Below, in pieces: positions 8,230 through 14,838 of a stretch of DNA of 20,000 nt (position 1 is its first letter; each line of letters begins with the position of its first letter). Position numbers and translations under genes: made by a program. The DNA is from an uncultured virus (IMG/VR IMGVR_UViG_3300031673_000018) (Duplodnaviria > Heunggongvirae > Uroviricota > Caudoviricetes): the IMG/VR virus record IMGVR_UViG_3300031673_000018; one strand, given 5' to 3'. The notes beneath the pieces were generated by a model. The model ran no database searches. It was not told the origin of the DNA and worked only from the letters and a program-made list of their open reading frames with translations.

Positions 8230-8616
8230 TCACGATCTGTTGATGATCTCTCTCAGAAGCTCGTTACCTAGTGGTGTTAGCCTGTCGTGAACTTCGTTGT
8301 CGAACTCTGCTAGGATGTCGTTGATCTCCTCCAAGCTGGGTGGATGCCTGTCCTTCTCCTCGAGGAACATCTTCTCGACGTCATCGGAGCCCCAACTGAG
8401 GGTAACTGTCTGCTTCTCCGCCGCGAAGATCGTCCGCCGTAGGAGCTCTAGTTGCTGTGGTAATAAGCGAACAACTTCACCTAGGTTTTGCTGGGTCCTA
8501 AAACACTTGAAAAAACTGTATCCCTTCTCGGATCTGATTTGTTTTTCCTTCACCCATTCCTCAGGGGTGAATCGCCGGTAATGGTTGGTCTCGTATTCTT
8601 CGTATATGTAAATCAT
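8230..8616 (-). CDS. hypothetical protein (128 aa)
   Basis: ATG at 8616 follows the RBS in repeat copy F. Confidence 0.7.
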   Translation of the reverse strand: MIYIYEEYETNHYRRFTPEEWVKEKQIRSEKGYSFFKCFRTQQNLGEVVRLLPQQLELLRRTIFAAEKQTVTLSWGSDDVEKMFLEEKDRHPPSLEEINDILAEFDNEVHDRLTPLGNELLREIINRS

Positions 8617-8622
8617 TTTTTT

Positions 8623-8666
8623 CACCTGCTCGCATTTTTAGGCCAGGTGTCAGGTCGTTAACCTGA
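8623..8666 (-). repeat. two-hairpin element copy F
   Basis: minus strand: TCAGGT-TAACG-ACCTGA + CACCTG-GCCTAAAAATGCGAG-CAGGTG. Confidence 0.9.
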
Positions 8667-8999
8667 TGTCGATACCAGTTTGTATATTGAATCGAGCTTC
8701 TCCATGATCATCACGCGATTATTCTCACTAAAGGACTCTATATTCGCCCTTCTATGTAGAAGAGTTGTTGATAGCCGGTACGGTCTCCCCTCTAGCGCAC
8801 ATCTTATTAAATGTACATACATTCGTGCCACCTCATCGAGAAGGTTGTGATGATGGCGGCATGTAGGAACCGTAAGGTCGTTAATCATCCTCATATCATC
8901 CGGTGTAAGGTTGGGTAGGGTTTTTAGCAAGGTCTTTGCTATAAGATGGTGCTCCCCGTCTGCCGGGAACCCACATATTACGCAGATCATCGGACTCAT
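8658..8999 (-). CDS. HNH-like zinc-binding protein, paralog 2 (113 aa)
   Basis: CVICG...EHHLI...VPTCRHHHN; paralog of 5920..6321. Confidence 0.7.
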   Translation of the reverse strand: MSPMICVICGFPADGEHHLIAKTLLKTLPNLTPDDMRMINDLTVPTCRHHHNLLDEVARMYVHLIRCALEGRPYRLSTTLLHRRANIESFSENNRVMIMEKLDSIYKLVSTSG

Positions 9000-9013
9000 T
9001 TACTCGCCTGCTT

Positions 9014-9322
9014 CTAGTTCGTTGGTTCTACCTCTGCTCCTTTGATAGAACAGTTGCCGTCCTCGTAGTTGCAGCAGATACTAGGCTGCTCATGGTGGAC
9101 GTGTCCTTCTACAAGCTCCTCGCATTTATGGGTGCAGGACGCCATATAACGGCAGTCGACGCAGCACGCCTCACAGGTTGGGAAGTCGTCCAGAAGGTCT
9201 AGGTCGCAGGTGTTGCACACCATGGACGCTACAACCACGGAGCGGTTATAGAAGCCTACTTTAGCATACACTCCGCCGCAGCGGGGGCACGGCTTCTCTA
9301 GCTTCTGAGTTTCAAATCTCAT
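9014..9322 (-). CDS. Cys-rich protein (102 aa)
   Basis: multiple CxxC motifs. Confidence 0.7.
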   Translation of the reverse strand: MRFETQKLEKPCPRCGGVYAKVGFYNRSVVVASMVCNTCDLDLLDDFPTCEACCVDCRYMASCTHKCEELVEGHVHHEQPSICCNYEDGNCSIKGAEVEPTN

Positions 9323-9327
9323 TTTAG

Positions 9328-9633
9328 CTATTCACCCCCAACTAGTTCGTTCGCCAGTCGCCAAGCCACGCAGTAGTGGGGGTCGTTAGGCATCCTTACT
9401 AGCTTTGAGTCTCCTATCTCCGTGGGTCCACCTTCTCCGCAGTGTCCGTCTATGTCTGGGTTATACTCTGGGTCACTGAGGTCGTTGTCGGCTGTGAAGT
9501 GATCGCAGTAGGCACATGACCTCTCTGCAAACTCGCCGCAGAATTCGGCTAGCTCTTCAAGCCAAGCTATCTCCGTCATGTGTTTATGCGCCTTGCAGCT
9601 GTCAATTCTAATGCATAATCCGCAGTCTACCAT
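9328..9633 (-). CDS. Cys-rich protein (101 aa)
   Basis: ATG at 9633 after the RBS in repeat copy G; CGLC and CAYC motifs. Confidence 0.7.
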   Translation of the reverse strand: MVDCGLCIRIDSCKAHKHMTEIAWLEELAEFCGEFAERSCAYCDHFTADNDLSDPEYNPDIDGHCGEGGPTEIGDSKLVRMPNDPHYCVAWRLANELVGGE

Positions 9634-9638
9634 TTTTT

Positions 9639-9678
9639 CACCTGCACGCATTCACCAGGTGTCTGCCTTTCAGTCAGA
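9639..9678 (-). repeat. two-hairpin element copy G
   Basis: minus strand: TCTG-A-CT-GAAA-GG-CAGA + CACCTG-GTGAATGCGTG-CAGGTG; preceded by CCCTTTT. Confidence 0.9.
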
Positions 9679-9684
9679 AAAGGG

Positions 9685-9852
9685 TTAATGCCAGCCAGAT
9701 GTTTCTCTAACCATCTTCACCAGCATAACCGATAGTGTAGGGTACTTTGAAACCGTCTCTTCGTATATTTCACTAGCCTCGTCTTCATCAAAGATGCTCT
9801 TACTGGACACCCAGCTGTTGCTTGATGTCATGGTTAAGACTCTCCATACCAT
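9685..9852 (-). CDS. hypothetical protein (55 aa)
   Basis: hand-translated MVWRVLTMTSSNSWVSSKSIFDEDEASEIYEETVSKYPTLSVMLVKMVRETSGWH*; GAGGG RBS. Confidence 0.6.
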   Translation of the reverse strand: MVWRVLTMTSSNSWVSSKSIFDEDEASEIYEETVSKYPTLSVMLVKMVRETSGWH

Positions 9853-9860
9853 GTAATCCC

Positions 9861-10199
9861 TCACGTTATGACGACGCGCTCAATCATCTTGCATAGTCTG
9901 CGTATTGTGTGAGGTGGTATCCGTGTCGCTGACCAGACCTCATGCTGGGTGATAGGAGGATCCACGTGCTTGCCGGCGATGTAGATTGCACCCGCTATGA
10001 GTGCAGATGGTTTCTTCATCTGCAGTATGTCCGGTTCAGCCTCGTAAACCCTTCTGAGGAGATCCCTGGCCTGCTCTGCAATGACCGCCTCATCCTGGTC
10101 GTTTCTGATCGATCTGTCAGCGTCCAGAATCTCTCCTATGGTTTCCACGAAACCAGATAATGGCAAGCGTCGACCTACTGTTTCCTCGAAACCTTTCAT
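9861..10199 (-). CDS. TFB/TFIIB single cyclin-repeat protein (mini-TFB)
   Basis: AEQARDLLRR...KKPSALIAGAIYIAG...ITQHEVWSATRIPPHTIRRLCK resembles the TFIIB cyclin repeat with its HTH; GGTGA RBS. Confidence 0.75.
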   Translation of the reverse strand: MKGFEETVGRRLPLSGFVETIGEILDADRSIRNDQDEAVIAEQARDLLRRVYEAEPDILQMKKPSALIAGAIYIAGKHVDPPITQHEVWSATRIPPHTIRRLCKMIERVVIT

Positions 10200-10209
10200 G
10201 GACTCTCAC

Positions 10210-10725
10210 CTATCCTGCTTCGATGCCGTCGTAATATGAAGTTCTATCCGCTTCCCACGCCTCTCTGCCGTCGAGGTCGGCGCAGTCTTCACACGCCTCA
10301 TGTCGCTTCGCTGGCTCCAACTGGTTGAAGCATATGCATATTAGGCATGGGTGGATCTGGTTCAAGTCGAGTTCCAGGAGGGCGTGCGGTGCCTTGTATC
10401 TCTTGAGGGTTTCGACGTCCTCTAGTAGACCTGCGATGCTGGCCATTGATGCCTTTAAGACTCTCTCGAGGCGGTTCAGCTGCTCAGTGTGGTCGTTGGT
10501 TCTACTTGCGTGGAATAGCCCGGTCTTCAGAAGGTTGGCGTTGTACTCTATGCTCTCAACTACCTTCCCCAATGGAAGGGGGGTCCCGTCTACACGTCGC
10601 CTCATATCCTCGTGTCTTCGGTGGTATGTGTCTGGTGTTATGTCGCCGATTTCAAGCTGCTTGTTAAGTAGCTCCTTATCCTTTAGGAACTTCTTCAGCC
10701 TAGTTTCTACGCTTATATTACTCAT
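10210..10725 (-). CDS. hypothetical coiled-coil and Cys-motif protein (171 aa)
   Basis: ORF with SHOCT-like GDITPDTY segment and C-terminal CxxC motifs. Confidence 0.7.
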   Translation of the reverse strand: MSNISVETRLKKFLKDKELLNKQLEIGDITPDTYHRRHEDMRRRVDGTPLPLGKVVESIEYNANLLKTGLFHASRTNDHTEQLNRLERVLKASMASIAGLLEDVETLKRYKAPHALLELDLNQIHPCLICICFNQLEPAKRHEACEDCADLDGREAWEADRTSYYDGIEAG

Positions 10726-10744
10726 TTTTCTTCACTTGGGGCTA

Positions 10745-10784
10745 AGCCCCGTCGCATATTCGGGGCTGGAGGGCGCTACCCTCC
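10745..10784 (-). repeat. two-hairpin element copy H (divergent)
   Basis: minus strand: GGAGGG-TAGCG-CCCTCC + AGCCCCG-AATATGCGA-CGGGGCT. Confidence 0.7.
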
Positions 10785-10788
10785 GTGG

Positions 10789-10893
10789 TTAAGCAGCCCT
10801 TTCGCTTCTTAGAATATAGAGGGAAACGGCGCCGAAGGCTGTGACTGAGATGACCGTCATTTTCAAAACGAAGAAGATCATTTCTCGTATCAT
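10789..10893 (-). CDS. small single-TM protein (34 aa)
   Basis: hand-translated MIREMIFFVLKMTVISVTAFGAVSLYILRSERAA*; GGAG upstream. Confidence 0.5.
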   Translation of the reverse strand: MIREMIFFVLKMTVISVTAFGAVSLYILRSERAA

Positions 10894-10898
10894 GGCGC

Positions 10899-11162
10899 TT
10901 ACTCCGTGAGTTGTTCCGGGGTTACTGCCATCATTCGCTCGTAGTAGCCGAGCCAGCGTTTGCCTTCCTTCGTAGTATAGTAGTGTTTGTCACTCTCTAT
11001 GACTAGAAGGCCTCCGCTCACCATCTTCTTCAGGTATTTCTTCGTTAGATCCCAGCTGAGGTTTGCCCCGAACTGGATATGTGTTTTTCTCATGCCGTCC
11101 TTGGCGAGCCGCGCTATGTCGGCCGCTATGTCAAGGTCGTTTCTTCTGTTGTTTTCATTCAT
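10899..11162 (-). CDS. archaeal winged helix-turn-helix regulator (HTH_45-like)
   Basis: RRNDLDIAADI...RKTHIQFGANLSWDLTKKYLKKMVSGGLL...YYTTKEG; RBS in repeat copy I. Confidence 0.85.
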   Translation of the reverse strand: MNENNRRNDLDIAADIARLAKDGMRKTHIQFGANLSWDLTKKYLKKMVSGGLLVIESDKHYYTTKEGKRWLGYYERMMAVTPEQLTE

Positions 11163-11168
11163 ATCCTT

Positions 11169-11208
11169 CACCTGCACGCATTCACCAGGTGCCAGCCTTT
11201 CGGTCTGG
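11169..11208 (-). repeat. two-hairpin element copy I
   Basis: minus strand: CCAG-A-CC-GAAA-GG-CTGG + CACCTG-GTGAATGCGTG-CAGGTG. Confidence 0.9.
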
Positions 11209-11221
11209 TTGGATTATGATC

Positions 11222-11240
11222 AATATAAAAAAAGGGTGGG
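11222..11240 (-). terminator. pyrimidine/U-tract terminator with overlapping TATA-like sequence
   Basis: minus strand CCCACCCTTTTTTTATATT, identical to 13121-13139. Confidence 0.55.
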
Positions 11241-11267
11241 TAATTGTTAGCGATAACGTCTGCCCGG

Positions 11268-11462
11268 CTAGTCGCTCTTGGGCGTTGTGACGTTAATGCT
11301 GAATTTGTTTTTCGTGTCGTCCATCATGGGCATGAAGCCGCCAGTGGTAGCTAGTATCTTGGTTTTACCCGAGTTACTTAGCTTGGGGCTGTCCTGCACA
11401 GGCCAGCGTATTACTACGTGACCGTCCATGATCTTCGCGCCTACGAAGTCAAGGTCTCCCAT
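11268..11462 (-). CDS. small hypothetical viral protein (64 aa)
   Basis: ORF containing SNSGKTKILATTGG. Confidence 0.7.
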   Translation of the reverse strand: MGDLDFVGAKIMDGHVVIRWPVQDSPKLSNSGKTKILATTGGFMPMMDDTKNKFSINVTTPKSD

Positions 11463-11713
11463 TGCTGAGTTACTTCCCTTAGTTTAGCCCGTTTACGCCT
11501 CTCCACTAAAATTCTCCGTCGTGGTTTGGCGATCAAGGATAACGGTTCCGAATCCCTACCTCACCCAGCCGTTTAGCATGTTCGGGCTCGGGTTTCCCCA
11601 CTCTCCACGCCTGCTCACAGTATGGGGCTCGTGATACGAGAAGCGCCGGCGGAGAACCGGATTTTGGTATGGAAACCATGTTCCGCCGGCACTAGTATTC
11701 TCGTGGCTGTGGT

Positions 11714-11890
11714 TTATTTGGTTTGCTGCTTATCTTTTCTATACGGGTTTGCTGGCATATCCAGAGTGAAACCCACTTCATCGGGTTCAAACTTCTCCCC
11801 ACACTCCTTGCATATATAAAAAGGGGTTTTTCGTATGAGCTCGCCTCCGCAGAGTAGGCACGTGTTAGCTGGCCATGTTGGCTTGCTCAT
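11714..11890 (-). CDS. zinc-ribbon protein (58 aa)
   Basis: hand-translated MSKPTWPANTCLLCGGELIRKTPFYICKECGEKFEPDE...; GAGGT RBS. Confidence 0.7.
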   Translation of the reverse strand: MSKPTWPANTCLLCGGELIRKTPFYICKECGEKFEPDEVGFTLDMPANPYRKDKQQTK

Positions 11891-11891
11891 G

Positions 11892-12047
11892 TTACCTCAC
11901 TCTTTCCTGTAGCCATTTAAAGCTCTTATAGCTGATTTGTTTATCACATGATCCGGAGAACTGACACACATCATCGTCAGCGAGGAACCCACAGTGTTTC
12001 CACTCAGTTTCCCTTATCTCCTTCGCTATCCTGCAGCGGTTATTCAT
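11892..12047 (-). CDS. small Cys-containing protein (51 aa)
   Basis: hand-translated MNNRCRIAKEIRETEWKHCGFLADDDVCQFSGSCDKQISYKSFKWLQERVR*; TAATG overlap with the upstream stop. Confidence 0.55.
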   Translation of the reverse strand: MNNRCRIAKEIRETEWKHCGFLADDDVCQFSGSCDKQISYKSFKWLQERVR

Positions 12048-12130
12048 TAACGCCACACTCTAATCTGTTCCCTCATGGCTTCTCTCAGGAGGATAACTAG
12101 AATGTATGCGACTACCTCCTTCTTACCCAT
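12047..12130 (-). CDS. mini-ORF (27 aa)
   Basis: MGKKEVVAYILVILLREAMREQIRVWR*; GAGGT RBS; abuts both neighbours. Confidence 0.4.
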   Translation of the reverse strand: MGKKEVVAYILVILLREAMREQIRVWR

Positions 12131-12289
12131 CTACCTCAAGCCTCTTCCACAGAACCTGCAGAAATTGGCCCCTGGGCGGTTGATCTGCTCACACCCGGGG
12201 CATTGAACTATCACTAGCTTGTCGAGCTGTGGATCTCTCCTGTAAGTCCGAAGTATTTTCCAGTCATGGCTTATTTCGTTTGGTTCCAT
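12131..12289 (-). CDS. zinc-ribbon protein (52 aa)
   Basis: hand-translated ...QCPGCEQINRPGANFCRFCGRGLR*. Confidence 0.7.
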   Translation of the reverse strand: MEPNEISHDWKILRTYRRDPQLDKLVIVQCPGCEQINRPGANFCRFCGRGLR

Positions 12290-12584
12290 GATCACTCATC
12301 CTCTTTATGGGCTTCAGAGTAACCTTGCTCACCCTGAGGTATATCTTGGTCTCAGGTTTCTGCCGTATGAGCTGCTTTACCGCGTCCCTGTCATGCCTGG
12401 TGGCTTTCAGGGATCGGCTGACGTCTGGCGCATCTCTGTGAAAATATTTGCGCCTGTGGGGAAAGGGTACAGATACACGCTCCACCGGATCAGTTAGACT
12501 CGGCTCACGCGGCCTGTGTTTCCGTTTCAGACTACGCTTGGGTCCATACACTAGCTGAAGCCAGCTCTCATGTAATTCAGACAC
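12264..12584 (-). CDS. basic hypothetical protein (106 aa)
   Basis: ORF in array with GGTGA RBS. Confidence 0.6.
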   Translation of the reverse strand: MSELHESWLQLVYGPKRSLKRKHRPREPSLTDPVERVSVPFPHRRKYFHRDAPDVSRSLKATRHDRDAVKQLIRQKPETKIYLRVSKVTLKPIKRMSDHGTKRNKP

Positions 12585-12792
12585 CTAGATCACCGTAAGT
12601 TACCGGTAAGGCTATGAGGGTGTGCAGAAGGCCATCACAGCATTTGCAGTGGACTTCTGTTATTAACCCATCCAGGTCCGTGTTTACGTCGACTTCGACC
12701 TTGCCTTTAGTGCATTTGCACTTGAAGTGGCGTCTGGAGAGTAGCTTTTGCTGTGTTGGGCCCCGTAGCTGTCTAAGGCTCGGTTGCCACAT
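12577..12792 (-). CDS. small Cys-containing protein (71 aa)
   Basis: CKC...CKCC; GAGG RBS. Confidence 0.6.
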   Translation of the reverse strand: MWQPSLRQLRGPTQQKLLSRRHFKCKCTKGKVEVDVNTDLDGLITEVHCKCCDGLLHTLIALPVTYGDLGV

Positions 12793-12811
12793 TTTGTTTC
12801 CTCTGTCGAGC

Positions 12812-12988
12812 TCATCTATGCCTGTACTTCACTGTCGCGTATACACTAATGCTTGCAGGATCCCGGCTCGCGCTCACTATTTCTAGTCCAGGTGCCACAA
12901 AACGACACCAGCTAGTGAACTCGCCCTGATCCTTGAAGGTCTTGGTGTAGACCCCGTCTGAATCCGGCTTTATTTCACAAATCATCAT
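12812..12988 (-). CDS. hypothetical protein (about 58 aa, start uncertain)
   Basis: ATG at 12988 with GAGGG upstream; the track start (13075) lies in the repeat loop. Confidence 0.55.
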   Translation of the reverse strand: MMICEIKPDSDGVYTKTFKDQGEFTSWCRFVAPGLEIVSASRDPASISVYATVKYRHR

Positions 12989-13062
12989 TGGTTTCCCTCT
13001 GGGTCGCCTCGACGGGTTAGTACCCCGTTTCATCGGCGTATGTCTTATCGGCGGGTTAGTAC

Positions 13063-13101
13063 CTCGCCCACGCATTCACGGCGAGCCAGCTTTGACTCTG
13101 G
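13063..13101 (-). repeat. two-hairpin element copy K (covaried stem)
   Basis: minus strand: CCAG-AGTCAAAG-CTGG + CTCGCC-GTGAATGCGTG-GGCGAG. Confidence 0.85.
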
Positions 13102-13120
13102 ATGTCCTCAATCCGCCTTT

Positions 13121-13165
13121 AATATAAAAAAAGGGTGGGCTCCCCTGCTGAAAGAGTCACCCACC
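13121..13165 (-). terminator. hairpin plus U-tract terminator
   Basis: minus strand GGTGACTC...GAGCCCACC followed by CTTTTTTT. Confidence 0.55.
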
Positions 13166-13249
13166 CGTAGGGTTAGTTCTGTCTCTAGTAGTTGTCAGTC
13201 GTAACTGTACATCTGCTTTAACCACCGAGAGTATGCTGCCTAGGAAGCC

Positions 13250-13292
13250 AACCCCCACACATTTTTAGGCGGGGTTTCACGATTTGCACGTG
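13250..13292 (-). repeat. two-hairpin element copy L (covaried stem)
   Basis: minus strand: CACG-TGCAAAT-CGTG-A + AACCCC-GCCTAAAAATGTGTG-GGGGTT; follows CACCCTTTTTT. Confidence 0.8.
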
Positions 13293-13314
13293 TTAAAAAA
13301 GGGTGTAGGTTTCC

Positions 13315-13779
13315 CTACGAAGGCTTGCGCTTAAGGGCCCTATTGGTGATGATGCGCTGGAGAACCTTGGGGTCAAGTTTCTTGGATGCCTTTATGGGGC
13401 CTCCACGAATCTCCTCCCTGATGGTTCTCGCATCTCCCATGTACAAGGCAGCCGCGTCATTGTAGTCTCGCCTAACAGCGCTGTCGCATTTCGCCAGCTT
13501 AACCGCTATGTTAATCTGGGCTGTAAGGGTGGCTCTGTCCTCGAAGAGTTTAACGCAAGCCATTGGGTCTTCTGGGAGCTGCCCAGATTGCCAGAAGGCT
13601 TTGTTTATCTCTGACATGAGCTCATTTACCTTAGCGCGAGCATTCCTCTGAGTCTTGGCTAGGTTGTCTGCCTTGTCCTTGAGGTCCTTAGAGTAATCCG
13701 AAGCAGCCCACGACTTGTCCAGATTTTCCATCAAGGCTTCAATCTGGGCGGGGTCATAGGCTGACTGTGCCGTCTGCAT
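13315..13779 (-). CDS. hypothetical helical protein (154 aa)
   Basis: ORF with GAGGG RBS. Confidence 0.75.
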   Translation of the reverse strand: MQTAQSAYDPAQIEALMENLDKSWAASDYSKDLKDKADNLAKTQRNARAKVNELMSEINKAFWQSGQLPEDPMACVKLFEDRATLTAQINIAVKLAKCDSAVRRDYNDAAALYMGDARTIREEIRGGPIKASKKLDPKVLQRIITNRALKRKPS

Positions 13780-13821
13780 TCTTTTTCCCTCTTTGAGGTC
13801 TAGCTTCCTAGGATTCAGCCT

Positions 13822-13853
13822 ATACCGCCACGCATCAACACCGTATGGAAACC
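13822..13853 (-). repeat. two-hairpin element copy M (divergent)
   Basis: minus strand: GG-TTT-CC + ATACGGT-GTTGATGCGTG-GCGGTAT; follows a C-run and TTTTT. Confidence 0.6.
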
Positions 13854-13922
13854 ATTAGGTCAAAAAGGGGGGGGGGAATATTCCTTTTTAGGGGTCTTTC
13901 CCGGGCATGGCCCTGAGCTCCG

Positions 13923-14135
13923 CTACACTAAGTGTCTTGCGTTTCTGCGTATGTGCCAGTGCCTGGGGTCAGAGCGTCGCCTAAACTGCGCCCCCGATAT
14001 TTTCTGTACCGGAGTGTGCCGTAGGTCGTGGGGATGCGCCTTCATAGCGTGCGCTAGGTGCAACTCTCCAGGCCTGTTTCTCCATGTAGCGTAGAATTCA
14101 AGTCCACAATTCACACATTTACATCTATAAGGCAT
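13923..14135 (-). CDS. small C2H2-like zinc-binding basic protein (70 aa)
   Basis: CVNC...HAMKAH; GGTGA RBS. Confidence 0.65.
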   Translation of the reverse strand: MPYRCKCVNCGLEFYATWRNRPGELHLAHAMKAHPHDLRHTPVQKISGAQFRRRSDPRHWHIRRNARHLV

Positions 14136-14739
14136 ATATAGGTCACCAATCTATATTCTGAGTCTATATTCTGGCTCTATACTCAGCGTAGGGATTCAGC
14201 GTCTATACTCAGAATAGTTAGAAACGATACAGATTCGTGGTATATATTTGGTGTCTATTTGGTGCGTGGTTTCGGTGGATAAAATCCTAGATTTTCAGTG
14301 TAGCCCTTCAAACCACGATTTAAAAAGGGCTTAATTTTTGGGCTTATGTGCGCCGCGTTAGTTAGCGCCGTTATATGGTTAAACCGTGGTTGCCTGTTTA
14401 CCATATTTCGGGATAATCCCCACGGAAATAGCCTATCAGACGTTTCCGGTGGGTTTATTCCTCAATAATACGCACACCGGATTAACCCAAACCCTTGATT
14501 TTAGAGGCAATAACCATTTTTAGGGGTTGTTTACGAAAAACAACCCTTTTTATCAAATCCCCACACACCGAAAATATCGATGAATAACAATGAATTCAGC
14601 TCCCCACATATTGATGTTCATCAATATGGGGACTTTAACATTTTTTCGTAAAAACTTTTTTGTTTATCAATTAATTAATTTCTTTAAGGTGCTGTATTCT
14701 TAAAAGAGGCTTAAAAAAGGGGTGTTTAAAGAAAAGGGG

Positions 14740-14838
14740 TTAATATCTACCCTTTAAGGTGTGCGACATATAATTGATCGCTAAATATGAGAATAAGCAG
14801 AATCCTAAGAATATCCACATAAACCGTATTATGTGCAT
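14740..14838 (-). CDS. small TM peptide (32 aa)
   Basis: MHIIRFMWIFLGFCLFSYLAINYMSHTLKGRY*, directly after the 14839 stop and followed by CCCCTTTT tracts. Confidence 0.45.
   Translation of the reverse strand: MHIIRFMWIFLGFCLFSYLAINYMSHTLKGRY

Noticed and set aside
3525..10860. ATGAC-C-GTCAT palindrome at about 3525 and 10850 as an operator
   Set aside because: Both copies fall inside small minus-strand ORFs (M-T-V-M/I codons), and there are only two copies.
11811..11830. CCCCTTTTTATATA as a terminator or promoter
   Set aside because: It lies within the zinc-ribbon ORF 11714..11890, between its two CxxC motifs.
74..12886. Plus-strand ORFs across the left arm (e.g. 74..427, 528..953, 10325..10792)
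   Set aside because: They are antisense shadows of a tightly packed minus-strand array and show no recognisable motifs.
1695..13853. Interpreting the dispersed repeats as a CRISPR array or integron attC sites
   Set aside because: Spacing is 0.2-2.6 kb and usually spans whole genes rather than ~35-nt spacers. There are no cas or integrase genes in the window and no RYYYAAC/GTTRRRY attC ends.
14349..14370. GCGCT-AACTAACGC-GGCGC hairpin (minus strand) as a further element copy
   Set aside because: The loop match is weak and there is no abutting P1 hairpin of the right size.
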